Virus record (IMG/VR): IMGVR_UViG_3300021429_002418
Span: 1,708 to 65,707 of that record
Reading direction: 5' to 3' (one strand)
Origin: a virus
Lineage: Duplodnaviria; Caudoviricetes
DNA: 64,000 nucleotides
The notes under the pieces were generated by a model. The model saw only the letters and a program-made list of their open reading frames with translations. It made no database searches and was not told the origin of the DNA. A program made the translations under genes and the position numbers. Shown in pieces: positions 17,132 to 25,387 of the stretch. Position 1 is the stretch's first letter, and each line of letters opens with the position of its first letter.

Positions 17132-18085
17132 ATGACAATAAAAAACTCAGGTTCATCATTAGGAGTTAGCGAAATCAACACGGAAATAGGCCGTGGTGCA
17201 GTAAATACCTCTTTAACTTTCCTCAACGGTTTTATGCTTCCAGCGCTGCGGCCGGCCGGGCCCGATGCGCCCGTAGCCACCAGCACAGCAAATGTCAATA
17301 AATTTTATGGTTTACAGTATTATCAAAAGAATAATGCTGGAAATTGTAACAATGCGAATGCCGGCAATTGTAACTGTAATAGCGGAAATGCGGCTTGCGG
17401 TCAATGTCAGAGTGCCGGTAGCCAAGCCCGGCAGTGCAATGCCACAAATAATTGTACAGCCATCAATTGTGCAAATTGTGATGCACAGAAATGGTTGCAA
17501 ACAGGTAATTGCAATGTCGGCGCAAATCCAGTATATAATTGCACCAGTAATCAAAATTGTTTTACCTTTAATTGTAATTGTTCAAAAATTATTTGTACAA
17601 AATTGTTTGATTTGGGTATGATGAAACAAAATATTTTTGAAGCCGATCAAGCATTTGGTGAACGTTTGATTAAAACTAATCCTGATATTTACAATGGATA
17701 TCGTGCATGGGCCGAAATTGTTGTTGACTGGATGGACGGCAAAGGTCCTAAAATGATGCCTTGGATGTCCGATGAAGACTTTGGTATAGCTGCTAAAAAA
17801 TGGTCAACAACATGGGCCTACGATATTGCAACACCATGGGCTGAAGAAATGGCTCACATTATGGGTGAGGATGAATCTGGCAGTCTGACGGGTAAAATGA
17901 TTATGGGTTTTGGTGTGCCAATTTGTAAGGTTGTCGGCGTCTGGCAGCGTTGGTTTGGGCCAAGTAAGAAAGAACCTGGTTTCATCAAAGGTGCAGGCCT
18001 TGTTATAATTTTTGTTATGTTTAAACTAGTTGCAGAACTTGGTCGTTTAATTGAAAGAATTATTCCAAAGAAAAAGGTGGCTTGA
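17132..18085 (+). CDS. Asn-Cys repeat protein; candidate substrate of the adjacent rSAM/SPASM enzyme
   Basis: 14 Cys in aa 72-150, 11 as NC and 2 as QC; N-terminus SG.SLG.SEINTEIG; separate C-terminal domain starting KIICTKL. Confidence 0.85.
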   Translation: MTIKNSGSSLGVSEINTEIGRGAVNTSLTFLNGFMLPALRPAGPDAPVATSTANVNKFYGLQYYQKNNAGNCNNANAGNCNCNSGNAACGQCQSAGSQARQCNATNNCTAINCANCDAQKWLQTGNCNVGANPVYNCTSNQNCFTFNCNCSKIICTKLFDLGMMKQNIFEADQAFGERLIKTNPDIYNGYRAWAEIVVDWMDGKGPKMMPWMSDEDFGIAAKKWSTTWAYDIATPWAEEMAHIMGEDESGSLTGKMIMGFGVPICKVVGVWQRWFGPSKKEPGFIKGAGLVIIFVMFKLVAELGRLIERIIPKKKVA

Positions 18086-18381
18086 TGGCAACATATACAA
18101 ATCAAAGACCAGTTAAAATAACAGCCGATGGCAATGATGAAAAATATTTTGGTGACCACGTAACACATTTTTTCAACACAACCAGTTACGAAATTATCAA
18201 TGCCCTTTCACAGGTTGACAAAGAAAGATTTTTTAAAATGTTGACTGACCATGAAAGTTTGATTCACAAGTTGTATGGTGAACCATCAACGAATTCTGTA
18301 CTTTTTTTACCGGCAAGTGCAAGAAAAAATATTAATAAAAAATTAATCAACGAATATAAAGTGTGGTTGGAGAAACAATGA
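18085..18381 (+). CDS. hypothetical protein, paralog A
   Basis: TGATG coupling; aligns by eye with 18378..18725. Confidence 0.7.
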   Translation: MATYTNQRPVKITADGNDEKYFGDHVTHFFNTTSYEIINALSQVDKERFFKMLTDHESLIHKLYGEPSTNSVLFLPASARKNINKKLINEYKVWLEKQ

Positions 18382-18725
18382 TAAACAGTTACACAACTAT
18401 GGAAACTTTTAAAGCATCTGACGGCAATATAATTATATATGATTTTAATTGTGTACATATTTTTTTAAAGAAAACTTTTGAAGAAAATTTCTTAAAGCTT
18501 TCAGATGAAGAAAAAAAAGAAACTTTTTATATTAGCCAAGAATATGCTGATTTACTAAAAAAATTGTTGGATGAGCCTCTTGGTGAAGATCGTGGAGACA
18601 TAAAAGAAGAATATGAATATTTTATTTCTACACCTAGAACTGACGTCATCGGTGGATCTGTATATGATATAAAAGCGGAAAGATTGAGACTACAAAAAGA
18701 ATGGTTGGAATCGCAAAATAACTAA
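18378..18725 (+). CDS. hypothetical protein, paralog B
   Basis: ATGA coupling; H.F..T..E...LS..K..F...L..KL..EP...WLE.Q pattern shared with paralog A. Confidence 0.7.
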   Translation: MINSYTTMETFKASDGNIIIYDFNCVHIFLKKTFEENFLKLSDEEKKETFYISQEYADLLKKLLDEPLGEDRGDIKEEYEYFISTPRTDVIGGSVYDIKAERLRLQKEWLESQNN

Positions 18726-18740
18726 TATCGGTTTTATATT

Positions 18741-19436
18741 ATGACAACAAAAGAAGATAGAGATAGATATCACTGGTATCAAAATGCACAGAATATGTTT
18801 TGGCAAAGTCCAATATGGGAAGAACAAACTCGCTTTGATGAGCAATTCAACGAAACTTTATTGGACGAAATCTACGGTATAGGTAAAGATATCGTATTGG
18901 GTAAAGACAAAGACCCAAACAATAGTATATGGGACTACAGTAGACCCAACTTAGATATACTAAAACAAGAAATTATAGATATTGTAACCAAGAAGATTGT
19001 ACAGAACATTCCACAATTGAGAATGTTAAACATTCGTGGTTGCGAACATTTCATGGGTTGGATTAATGTACGAGAACCAAATGAACGTTTGGAAGTACAT
19101 GGACACACCGAATCTGCAATTGCTGCAACATACTACATCAAAGCTAAGGAAGGGTGTGGAGACTTGGTGGCATTTGATTCCTCACATTCTATTGATTGGT
19201 TGAATAATAGGTTGAGTGGTAGTCCATTCATGCGTGAACGTAGATTTAAACCTGTCGAAGGTCGGTTAATTTTTTTCCCATCTTACGTTTTACATGGTGT
19301 TGATGAAAACAAATCGGATGACCTACGCATTTCACTATCAACTGACCTGAGAAAAGTGGTAGAAAAGGATGCATCAAATACTGTTATTCTGAAGAGCTGG
19401 GCCGGCCGTATGGCCAAAATTAAAGATTGGAAGTAA
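18741..19436 (+). CDS. Fe(II)/2-oxoglutarate-dependent oxygenase (TIGR02466-like)
   Basis: HGH..SAIAATYY, PVEGRLIFFPSYVLHGV, RISLS. Confidence 0.85.
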   Translation: MTTKEDRDRYHWYQNAQNMFWQSPIWEEQTRFDEQFNETLLDEIYGIGKDIVLGKDKDPNNSIWDYSRPNLDILKQEIIDIVTKKIVQNIPQLRMLNIRGCEHFMGWINVREPNERLEVHGHTESAIAATYYIKAKEGCGDLVAFDSSHSIDWLNNRLSGSPFMRERRFKPVEGRLIFFPSYVLHGVDENKSDDLRISLSTDLRKVVEKDASNTVILKSWAGRMAKIKDWK

Positions 19437-19966
19437 TGTTTATCAAACTGGAAAATACATTTGAAAAACCACTTTACGCAATTACTGATCCGCTAAAATC
19501 ATTTCAAGTCGAGGGTAAAGGCATTGACTATAAAAAGATATGGTCACCAGAAGCGGAAAAGATATATGGCATTTTACCAAAAAGGTACTGGCCAGATTTC
19601 CACTTGACAGTTATGACAATTGATTGTATAATCCCACCACATACAGACACAGAAATCATAACCTCAATTAATTTTTATCTCCAGACAGAAGGTTGCACAA
19701 CAACATTTTATAAGCCAAAGGTTGAGAAACCAAGAACGGTGCAAGTTAAAAATCAAACAAATGGTCATATATATTTTGAGGAAGATTTAGTTGAAGTTGA
19801 TAGTTTTGTGGCCAAAGATTTTGAAATTTGGTTACTTGATGTAAGTCGAATACATGGCGTTAAGGGTGAATTCAATTTGCGTAAAGCCATCACCTTAGGA
19901 ACTTTTGTTCATGGGTATGAGAACGTAATTCGGATGTTAAAGGAAACCAAAAATGTCATTTGTTAA
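19436..19966 (+). CDS. Fe(II)/2OG oxygenase-like cupin, paralog 1
   Basis: PPHTD...SINFY...LLDVSRIHGV...RKAITL (HxD...H...R); TAATG coupling. Confidence 0.75.
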   Translation: MFIKLENTFEKPLYAITDPLKSFQVEGKGIDYKKIWSPEAEKIYGILPKRYWPDFHLTVMTIDCIIPPHTDTEIITSINFYLQTEGCTTTFYKPKVEKPRTVQVKNQTNGHIYFEEDLVEVDSFVAKDFEIWLLDVSRIHGVKGEFNLRKAITLGTFVHGYENVIRMLKETKNVIC

Positions 19967-20621
19967 ATTAAAGAACCTTTATGAGTACATGCCTCACACA
20001 GTTATACCACGAGGACGAGCAGATTCGTTTGCCGGTAAATATGGTTTAGGTGTTAGACACAATACCATTTGGACACCAGAACCTGAATTGGAAAAATTGT
20101 ATAAGGTTATTCCGGAACGTTATCATAAAGATTTTCAGGTAACAAGAATGTCGATCAACAGTTTGTTGTTACCACATGTTGACAATGATTTTATAACCAC
20201 AATTAATTTTTATTATGAACCACAAAATTATAAAACTAACTTCTTTAAACCAAAAGAAGGAGTAAGTTCTTGGAAAACAGAAGAAGATAGGCACACAGAT
20301 GTTACAACTGAACGTATGGAAGAAAAAGATATAGATATAGAGGCACTAAAAACCCGTGTCAAAGAATTTGTATCAGAAAAACAAAATATGCCGACATGTG
20401 AAGATATCACATATGTTGACGCCGTTTATACATTTGATGATGTATATGAGATTGGTTGTTTTGTAGCTCAACCTAACGAAGCATATATGTTGGATGTTAG
20501 AGTGGCTCACAATGTTGAACCACTAGGTGAAGTTAAAATCAGAAAGGCTTTTTCTCTGAGAACTAGACATTATGATTACGGTCAAGTTTATGATATGTTA
20601 AAAGAAACTGGAAATTTATAA
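19953..20621 (+). CDS. Fe(II)/2OG oxygenase-like cupin, paralog 2
   Basis: LPHVD...TINFY...MLDVRVAHNV...RKAFSL; colinear with paralog 1. Confidence 0.75.
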   Translation: MSFVKLKNLYEYMPHTVIPRGRADSFAGKYGLGVRHNTIWTPEPELEKLYKVIPERYHKDFQVTRMSINSLLLPHVDNDFITTINFYYEPQNYKTNFFKPKEGVSSWKTEEDRHTDVTTERMEEKDIDIEALKTRVKEFVSEKQNMPTCEDITYVDAVYTFDDVYEIGCFVAQPNEAYMLDVRVAHNVEPLGEVKIRKAFSLRTRHYDYGQVYDMLKETGNL

Positions 20622-20631
20622 AGGACAAAAA

Positions 20632-21426
20632 ATGTTTTTTGAGAAATTAAACTACACGGTAAATATTGAAAAATTAAAAAACGAAGTTCGTGAAAGTGTT
20701 TTTACTTTGGGTGACCAAGTCATACAGGGTGAAGAATATGAAACACCAAAATATAATGGTTTTGGTGGATGGAGTTTATTGTGTAGAGAGGCCACATGGA
20801 CAGGTGGTTGGGAAGCAATTCAACTTGAACATGGACAATCACTGGAAAATTTTCTTCCAACAGAAGAATTGATATACAAAGCATATAAACACTTTAATAT
20901 TTCTCATGGATTGGAACATGATAAGCCAACTGAAGCTTATGTTGGTGAAATTAAAAAAGTACTGGATGACATACGCGAGATGGGGTTTCATCCTACAAGA
21001 GCCAGAGTGACTTGTTTAAAAGCACATTCAAAAAGTTTGGTACATAAAGATGCCAATGAAACTGAATATATGGCACGAATACACATACCGTTATGGACAA
21101 ACAAGAAATGTGTACATATTTGTCAAGGCAAGAATTTACATATGCCAGCCGATGGTGGTGTGTGGATTCTTTGGACAAATCAGTGGCATCAAATAAGAAA
21201 TGATTCCGATGAAGATAGATATCATATTATAATGGATGCATACGACACCAAAAAAATAACTAAATTTTTCAATTATGATGGTGAATTTGAACAATTAGAA
21301 AATTACGTAAGAGGTTATAGAGAAAAAATTGATTCTTCAGACTTAACTGAAGAGGACATTGATTTTTTTGAAGCCATTAGACAAAAATATGTCACCAAAA
21401 AAGTTAGAGACAACGAACTTATTTAA
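20632..21426 (+). CDS. aspartyl/asparaginyl beta-hydroxylase-like oxygenase
   Basis: RARVTCL...VHKD...RIHIPLWTN...HMPADG...WHQIRNDSDEDRYHII. Confidence 0.8.
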   Translation: MFFEKLNYTVNIEKLKNEVRESVFTLGDQVIQGEEYETPKYNGFGGWSLLCREATWTGGWEAIQLEHGQSLENFLPTEELIYKAYKHFNISHGLEHDKPTEAYVGEIKKVLDDIREMGFHPTRARVTCLKAHSKSLVHKDANETEYMARIHIPLWTNKKCVHICQGKNLHMPADGGVWILWTNQWHQIRNDSDEDRYHIIMDAYDTKKITKFFNYDGEFEQLENYVRGYREKIDSSDLTEEDIDFFEAIRQKYVTKKVRDNELI

Positions 21427-21428
21427 TT

Positions 21429-22946
21429 ATGATTGATACACACGGTATTATTTTTACCGGCATGGAAAGAACTAGAACAATTAGTCGACCAGCTGGTGCA
21501 GCAAGATTAAGAACAGTTTTAGACCAACATGGTTACAACATTGAGGTTGTTGACTATTTTGGTAATTTCACCGAAGAAGAAATAGAAACAGTTTGTGCTA
21601 GGTTTATTGGACCAAAAACTCTGTTTGTTGGTATCAGTATCACATTCATTTATGCATTCGATAAAATTAATTTTTTGTTTAATCATATCAGAGAAAAATA
21701 TCCTCATGTAAAAACATTAATTGGCGGAAATGAAACACCAATTGATGGTGTCGACCTATTGAAGGTTGATAGAGTATTCTGGGGTTATGCTGAGGAAGCG
21801 GTACTACACTATATTAAATTTTTAACCAAAAAGCGTTTGGATGATTTGAAGTGGGTTCCATATAGAGGTACATTGGCTATTAATGCCGAAATGATTTATA
21901 AAAACGATGATAGTGATTTGTCTATTAAATGGTTAGAAAGTGACCTGATTAAAAATAACTTTTTACCAATTGAAATTAGTCGCGGTTGCATTTTTAGATG
22001 TAGATTCTGTGCATTTCCGTTGTTGGGTAAAAAGAAAAATGACTATATTCGTCATGTTGATAATTTGTCAGCCGAACTAAGAAGAAATTATGAGATGTTT
22101 GGTGTCAATAACTATTGGTTCAATGATGACACCTTCAATGACAATGTTGTCAAACTAGAGTATGTTGCCGAAGCTATTGCAAAAAGTGGTGTTAAAATTA
22201 CATACACTGCATTTTTAAGAGCAGATTTGATTGAGAGATTTCCGGAAACTATTCCCATGTTGGCAGATACTGGATTGGTTGCTGCAACTTTTGGTTTGGA
22301 AACATTTCACCCCGAAGCAAAGAAAGCAATTGGAAAAGGTTTAGATAATGAAAGACAATTTGAAGCAATTCGAAAACTTAAAAAGTACAAACCAACTTAC
22401 ACATATACAGGTATGATTTGTGGTTTACCAGGTGAACCATTATCGAGCGTATACAATAGTCAAAAGATGTTAGTGGAACAAAATTTTGAAGTATTTGATA
22501 ATTGGGATTGGTGGCCTTTGGTAATCAGAAAAAATTCAGTAAGTCGGCTGAGTGAATTTGAAAAAGAATACGGCAAATGGGGTTACACTGAAATGATATC
22601 AGGTGAATATAACATATCTAAATATGATGACGATACAAGATACAACAATGATGATAGCAACTTGATGATGTGGAAAAATAAATATTTAAATTATTTTAGT
22701 GCCAGAACAATTGCGACCCTTTTGAATAAAGAGACTGAACAATTGCGGATCAAGGCCGGCAAATCAATCTATGGAAATGCTGACAAAGGTGTTAGTATCA
22801 ACCATGATGTGTATGAGTTGGTTGGTTTGGGAGTTGATGTGAAAGATATAATTGATGGAACATTTGATAAGTCTGCTTTAAATAGAAAAATTGAAGAAGC
22901 CGATCAAACCATCCTTGAATACAAAAAACTGAAGTTAGGATTATAA
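21429..22946 (+). CDS. radical SAM enzyme with B12-binding-like N-terminus (class B methyltransferase-like)
   Basis: IEISRGCIFRCRFC, DDTFN, GLETFHPE, ICGLPGE; N-terminal PAGAARL...GY.IEVVD...VGIS...IGG. Confidence 0.8.
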   Translation: MIDTHGIIFTGMERTRTISRPAGAARLRTVLDQHGYNIEVVDYFGNFTEEEIETVCARFIGPKTLFVGISITFIYAFDKINFLFNHIREKYPHVKTLIGGNETPIDGVDLLKVDRVFWGYAEEAVLHYIKFLTKKRLDDLKWVPYRGTLAINAEMIYKNDDSDLSIKWLESDLIKNNFLPIEISRGCIFRCRFCAFPLLGKKKNDYIRHVDNLSAELRRNYEMFGVNNYWFNDDTFNDNVVKLEYVAEAIAKSGVKITYTAFLRADLIERFPETIPMLADTGLVAATFGLETFHPEAKKAIGKGLDNERQFEAIRKLKKYKPTYTYTGMICGLPGEPLSSVYNSQKMLVEQNFEVFDNWDWWPLVIRKNSVSRLSEFEKEYGKWGYTEMISGEYNISKYDDDTRYNNDDSNLMMWKNKYLNYFSARTIATLLNKETEQLRIKAGKSIYGNADKGVSINHDVYELVGLGVDVKDIIDGTFDKSALNRKIEEADQTILEYKKLKLGL

Positions 22947-23605
22947 TGTTTGTTTATTGCCCACCAAAAGAGATTCCAAAAATTGAGTCTCAAACTTTTC
23001 CTGACGGGAAAAGATACTATGTTACACCAGATGGTAAAAAGTTGCCGTCAGTCACAACCGTGGTGGGTGCTCAAAAGAAACAGGCCATCATGGAATGGCG
23101 TAGGCGTGTTGGTGAAGAAGTTGCTAACAAGATATCTAAACAAGCGACCTCCCGTGGTACCAATGTACACACCTTGTGTGAACATTATCTGAACAATGAA
23201 CCTAAACCACCAGGTGTAGTTATGCCTGACGCTAAGGAAATGTTCATTTCCCTCAAACCACTACTAGATAAAATTAATAACATACATTATCAAGAGGTTG
23301 GATTGTGGTCCACTCAATTAGGTTTAGCTGGTCGAGTAGATTGTATTGGTGAATATGAAGGTGTTTTGTCGGTAATTGACTTTAAGACTTCCAAAAAGTT
23401 GAAGGACATTAAAGATATCCAAGATTACTTTTGGCAAACAACAGCATATGCATTGATGTATGAAGAGTTGGTCGGTCAACCTATTGATGATATTGTTATC
23501 ATTATGGCCGTGCAAGATTCCGGACCTGTGGTATTTAAACAAAAGACACAAGATCACATTGAGGGGCTTGTGAGAGCTATTGACTACTACCACAAAAATA
23601 GTTAA
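22946..23605 (+). CDS. PD-(D/E)XK (RecB/Cas4-like) exonuclease of T4-like phages
   Basis: LPSVTTV, RGTNVH, AGRVDCIGEY, IDFKTS, QTTAYALM. Confidence 0.88.
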   Translation: MFVYCPPKEIPKIESQTFPDGKRYYVTPDGKKLPSVTTVVGAQKKQAIMEWRRRVGEEVANKISKQATSRGTNVHTLCEHYLNNEPKPPGVVMPDAKEMFISLKPLLDKINNIHYQEVGLWSTQLGLAGRVDCIGEYEGVLSVIDFKTSKKLKDIKDIQDYFWQTTAYALMYEELVGQPIDDIVIIMAVQDSGPVVFKQKTQDHIEGLVRAIDYYHKNS

Positions 23606-23608
23606 AAC

Positions 23609-24205
23609 ATGACACAAAGTATTTGGCGTAAAGAAGAAATTATAATTGCGGATGAGTTGCAAGAATTAATTCCAAAACTACGACAAGAGTTTTTGAATTA
23701 TCACAAAGATTTCTATACGGAGTTTCGTGGTGGTGTGTCATACGCTGATTCAAATGAGAATGCAACAATCACGGAAGAAGAGCGTAATGTTTGGAAAGTT
23801 GAAGGTCTACGTTATGTATTACCGGAAAAAAATGTGGAACATAACATGTTCCTTGATCCAAAATTACAAATGATTTTACCTACTGCGGCCGCACTAACCA
23901 AAAAGTATTTTAAATACTGTGGTTGTAGTGGTTACAGCATATTGGATGCGGGTGGTGTCATTAAGACTCACACCGATATTGAAAATAGGGATAGAAGAAC
24001 CGTCAGAATACATATACCGTTAATTATACCAGAAGGTGACACCTTTTTGCAAGTAAATGTTGTACGGTGTGATTGGTCAAACATATTTGCGTTTGACAAT
24101 GAAGAACCACATAGCGCATACAATAACACAGGTGAACGGCGATTAATTTATATCATAGATATAGCTAGATCATTTTTAGGAATTCCAGCAGGTAAGAGAC
24201 ATTAA
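23609..24205 (+). CDS. aspartyl/asparaginyl beta-hydroxylase-like oxygenase
   Basis: YSILDAGGVIKTHTD, RIHIPLIIPEG, FDNEEPHSAYN...RLIYIID. Confidence 0.85.
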   Translation: MTQSIWRKEEIIIADELQELIPKLRQEFLNYHKDFYTEFRGGVSYADSNENATITEEERNVWKVEGLRYVLPEKNVEHNMFLDPKLQMILPTAAALTKKYFKYCGCSGYSILDAGGVIKTHTDIENRDRRTVRIHIPLIIPEGDTFLQVNVVRCDWSNIFAFDNEEPHSAYNNTGERRLIYIIDIARSFLGIPAGKRH

Positions 24206-24209
24206 CCGC

Positions 24210-24238
24210 TTGACAAATATAAATGAATGTCGTATAAT
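24210..24238 (+). promoter_or_regulatory. consensus sigma70 promoter
   Basis: TTGACA 24210-24215, 17 bp spacer, TATAAT 24233-24238; late-like ACTAAATA at 24272-24279. Confidence 0.8.
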
Positions 24239-24347
24239 TTGGTCTAAAAGGTTCGTTCTAATAAAAGAATGACTAAATAAGATATGGGTTTGGTGGAACC
24301 CATTCAAAAAAGTACCATTACACATTACACACAACTAAGGAGATACT

Positions 24348-24626
24348 ATGTCAAACATGACACCTTTTGAAATCCGTCTTGAACTATTAAAAATGGCCAG
24401 AGACATGTTATATGATACTTATCACGCAGATAGAGAACGTCTTTCACAAGACTGGAATATCAAATGCGATACAGCAAGGTCTAAGGGTGAAATTCCACCC
24501 GAACATCCGGCTTTGCCAACAACCCCCTCTGAATCCGACATTATCAACAAGGCTCATAGCTTGAATGGATTCGTGTCGAACATTGCTGCGCCTGAAGCAG
24601 TCAAGGTTACTAGAAAATCTAGTTGA
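24348..24626 (+). CDS. conserved hypothetical protein (TPFEIRLELLKMA)
   Basis: SD AAGGAGA; recognisable T4-like conserved start. Confidence 0.8.
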   Translation: MSNMTPFEIRLELLKMARDMLYDTYHADRERLSQDWNIKCDTARSKGEIPPEHPALPTTPSESDIINKAHSLNGFVSNIAAPEAVKVTRKSS

Positions 24627-24671
24627 GGGGTTAGGGGGAGGAAACTCCTCCTTAACACACAAGGAGATAGA

Positions 24672-25160
24672 ATGAAGTTTTCATCAACTTTATTAATTGT
24701 TTTAGCAACAATGTGTTTACCACTATTTGCACAACAACAAAAAATTACTATTGAACAACAAGTCGGCGATAACATTAACAAACAAATAATGTGTATTGCA
24801 AAAAACATTTATTATGAGGCTGCATCAGAATCACATGAAGGTAAATTGGCTGTTGCACAAGTAACAATCAACCGAGCAAACAGCAAAAAATATCCGTCAG
24901 ATTTTTGCGGTGTTGTATATCAGAAAACAGGTTCAACCTGTCAATTCTCATGGACATGCGAGAAGGTTAATCCCATCAAGAACCCTTATGCTTGGGAAGA
25001 ATCACTCTATATTGCCAAACGAGCACTTACCGAAAATGTATTGCACCGAGAGCTTGCCAAAAGTCAAGCAATGTTCTACCATGCAACCTATGTTAATCCA
25101 GGTTGGTCTCTTAAAGTAGTTAAGACGATTGGTAACCATATATTTTATAAGAAAGCTTAA
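24672..25160 (+). CDS. SleB-like cell wall hydrolase (Hydrolase_2)
   Basis: CIAKNIYYEA...GKLAVAQVTINR...CGVVYQ...CQFSW...FYHA...IGNHIFY; signal peptide. Confidence 0.9.
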   Translation: MKFSSTLLIVLATMCLPLFAQQQKITIEQQVGDNINKQIMCIAKNIYYEAASESHEGKLAVAQVTINRANSKKYPSDFCGVVYQKTGSTCQFSWTCEKVNPIKNPYAWEESLYIAKRALTENVLHRELAKSQAMFYHATYVNPGWSLKVVKTIGNHIFYKKA

Positions 25161-25162
25161 TT

Positions 25163-25384
25163 GTGCCTACGAAAACTGAAATTAATGAATTTAGTGAGAT
25201 GATTACTCTAATCACTAAAGCGAATAAGATTACACACATGGATGCAATAGTACACCACTGCGAACAAACAGGCATGGAGGTTGATATTGCATCATCTTTG
25301 GTATCTACAGCACTTAAAGCAAAAATCCGTGAAGAGGCGCAGGAATTAAATCTACTAAAGAAAAGTGCCACATTGCCATTTTGA
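25163..25384 (+). CDS. gp33: late promoter transcription accessory protein
   Basis: DAIVHHCEQTGMEV...SLVSTALKAKIREEAQELNLLKK; adjacent to gp59. Confidence 0.8.
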   Translation: MPTKTEINEFSEMITLITKANKITHMDAIVHHCEQTGMEVDIASSLVSTALKAKIREEAQELNLLKKSATLPF

Positions 25385-25387
25385 TTT

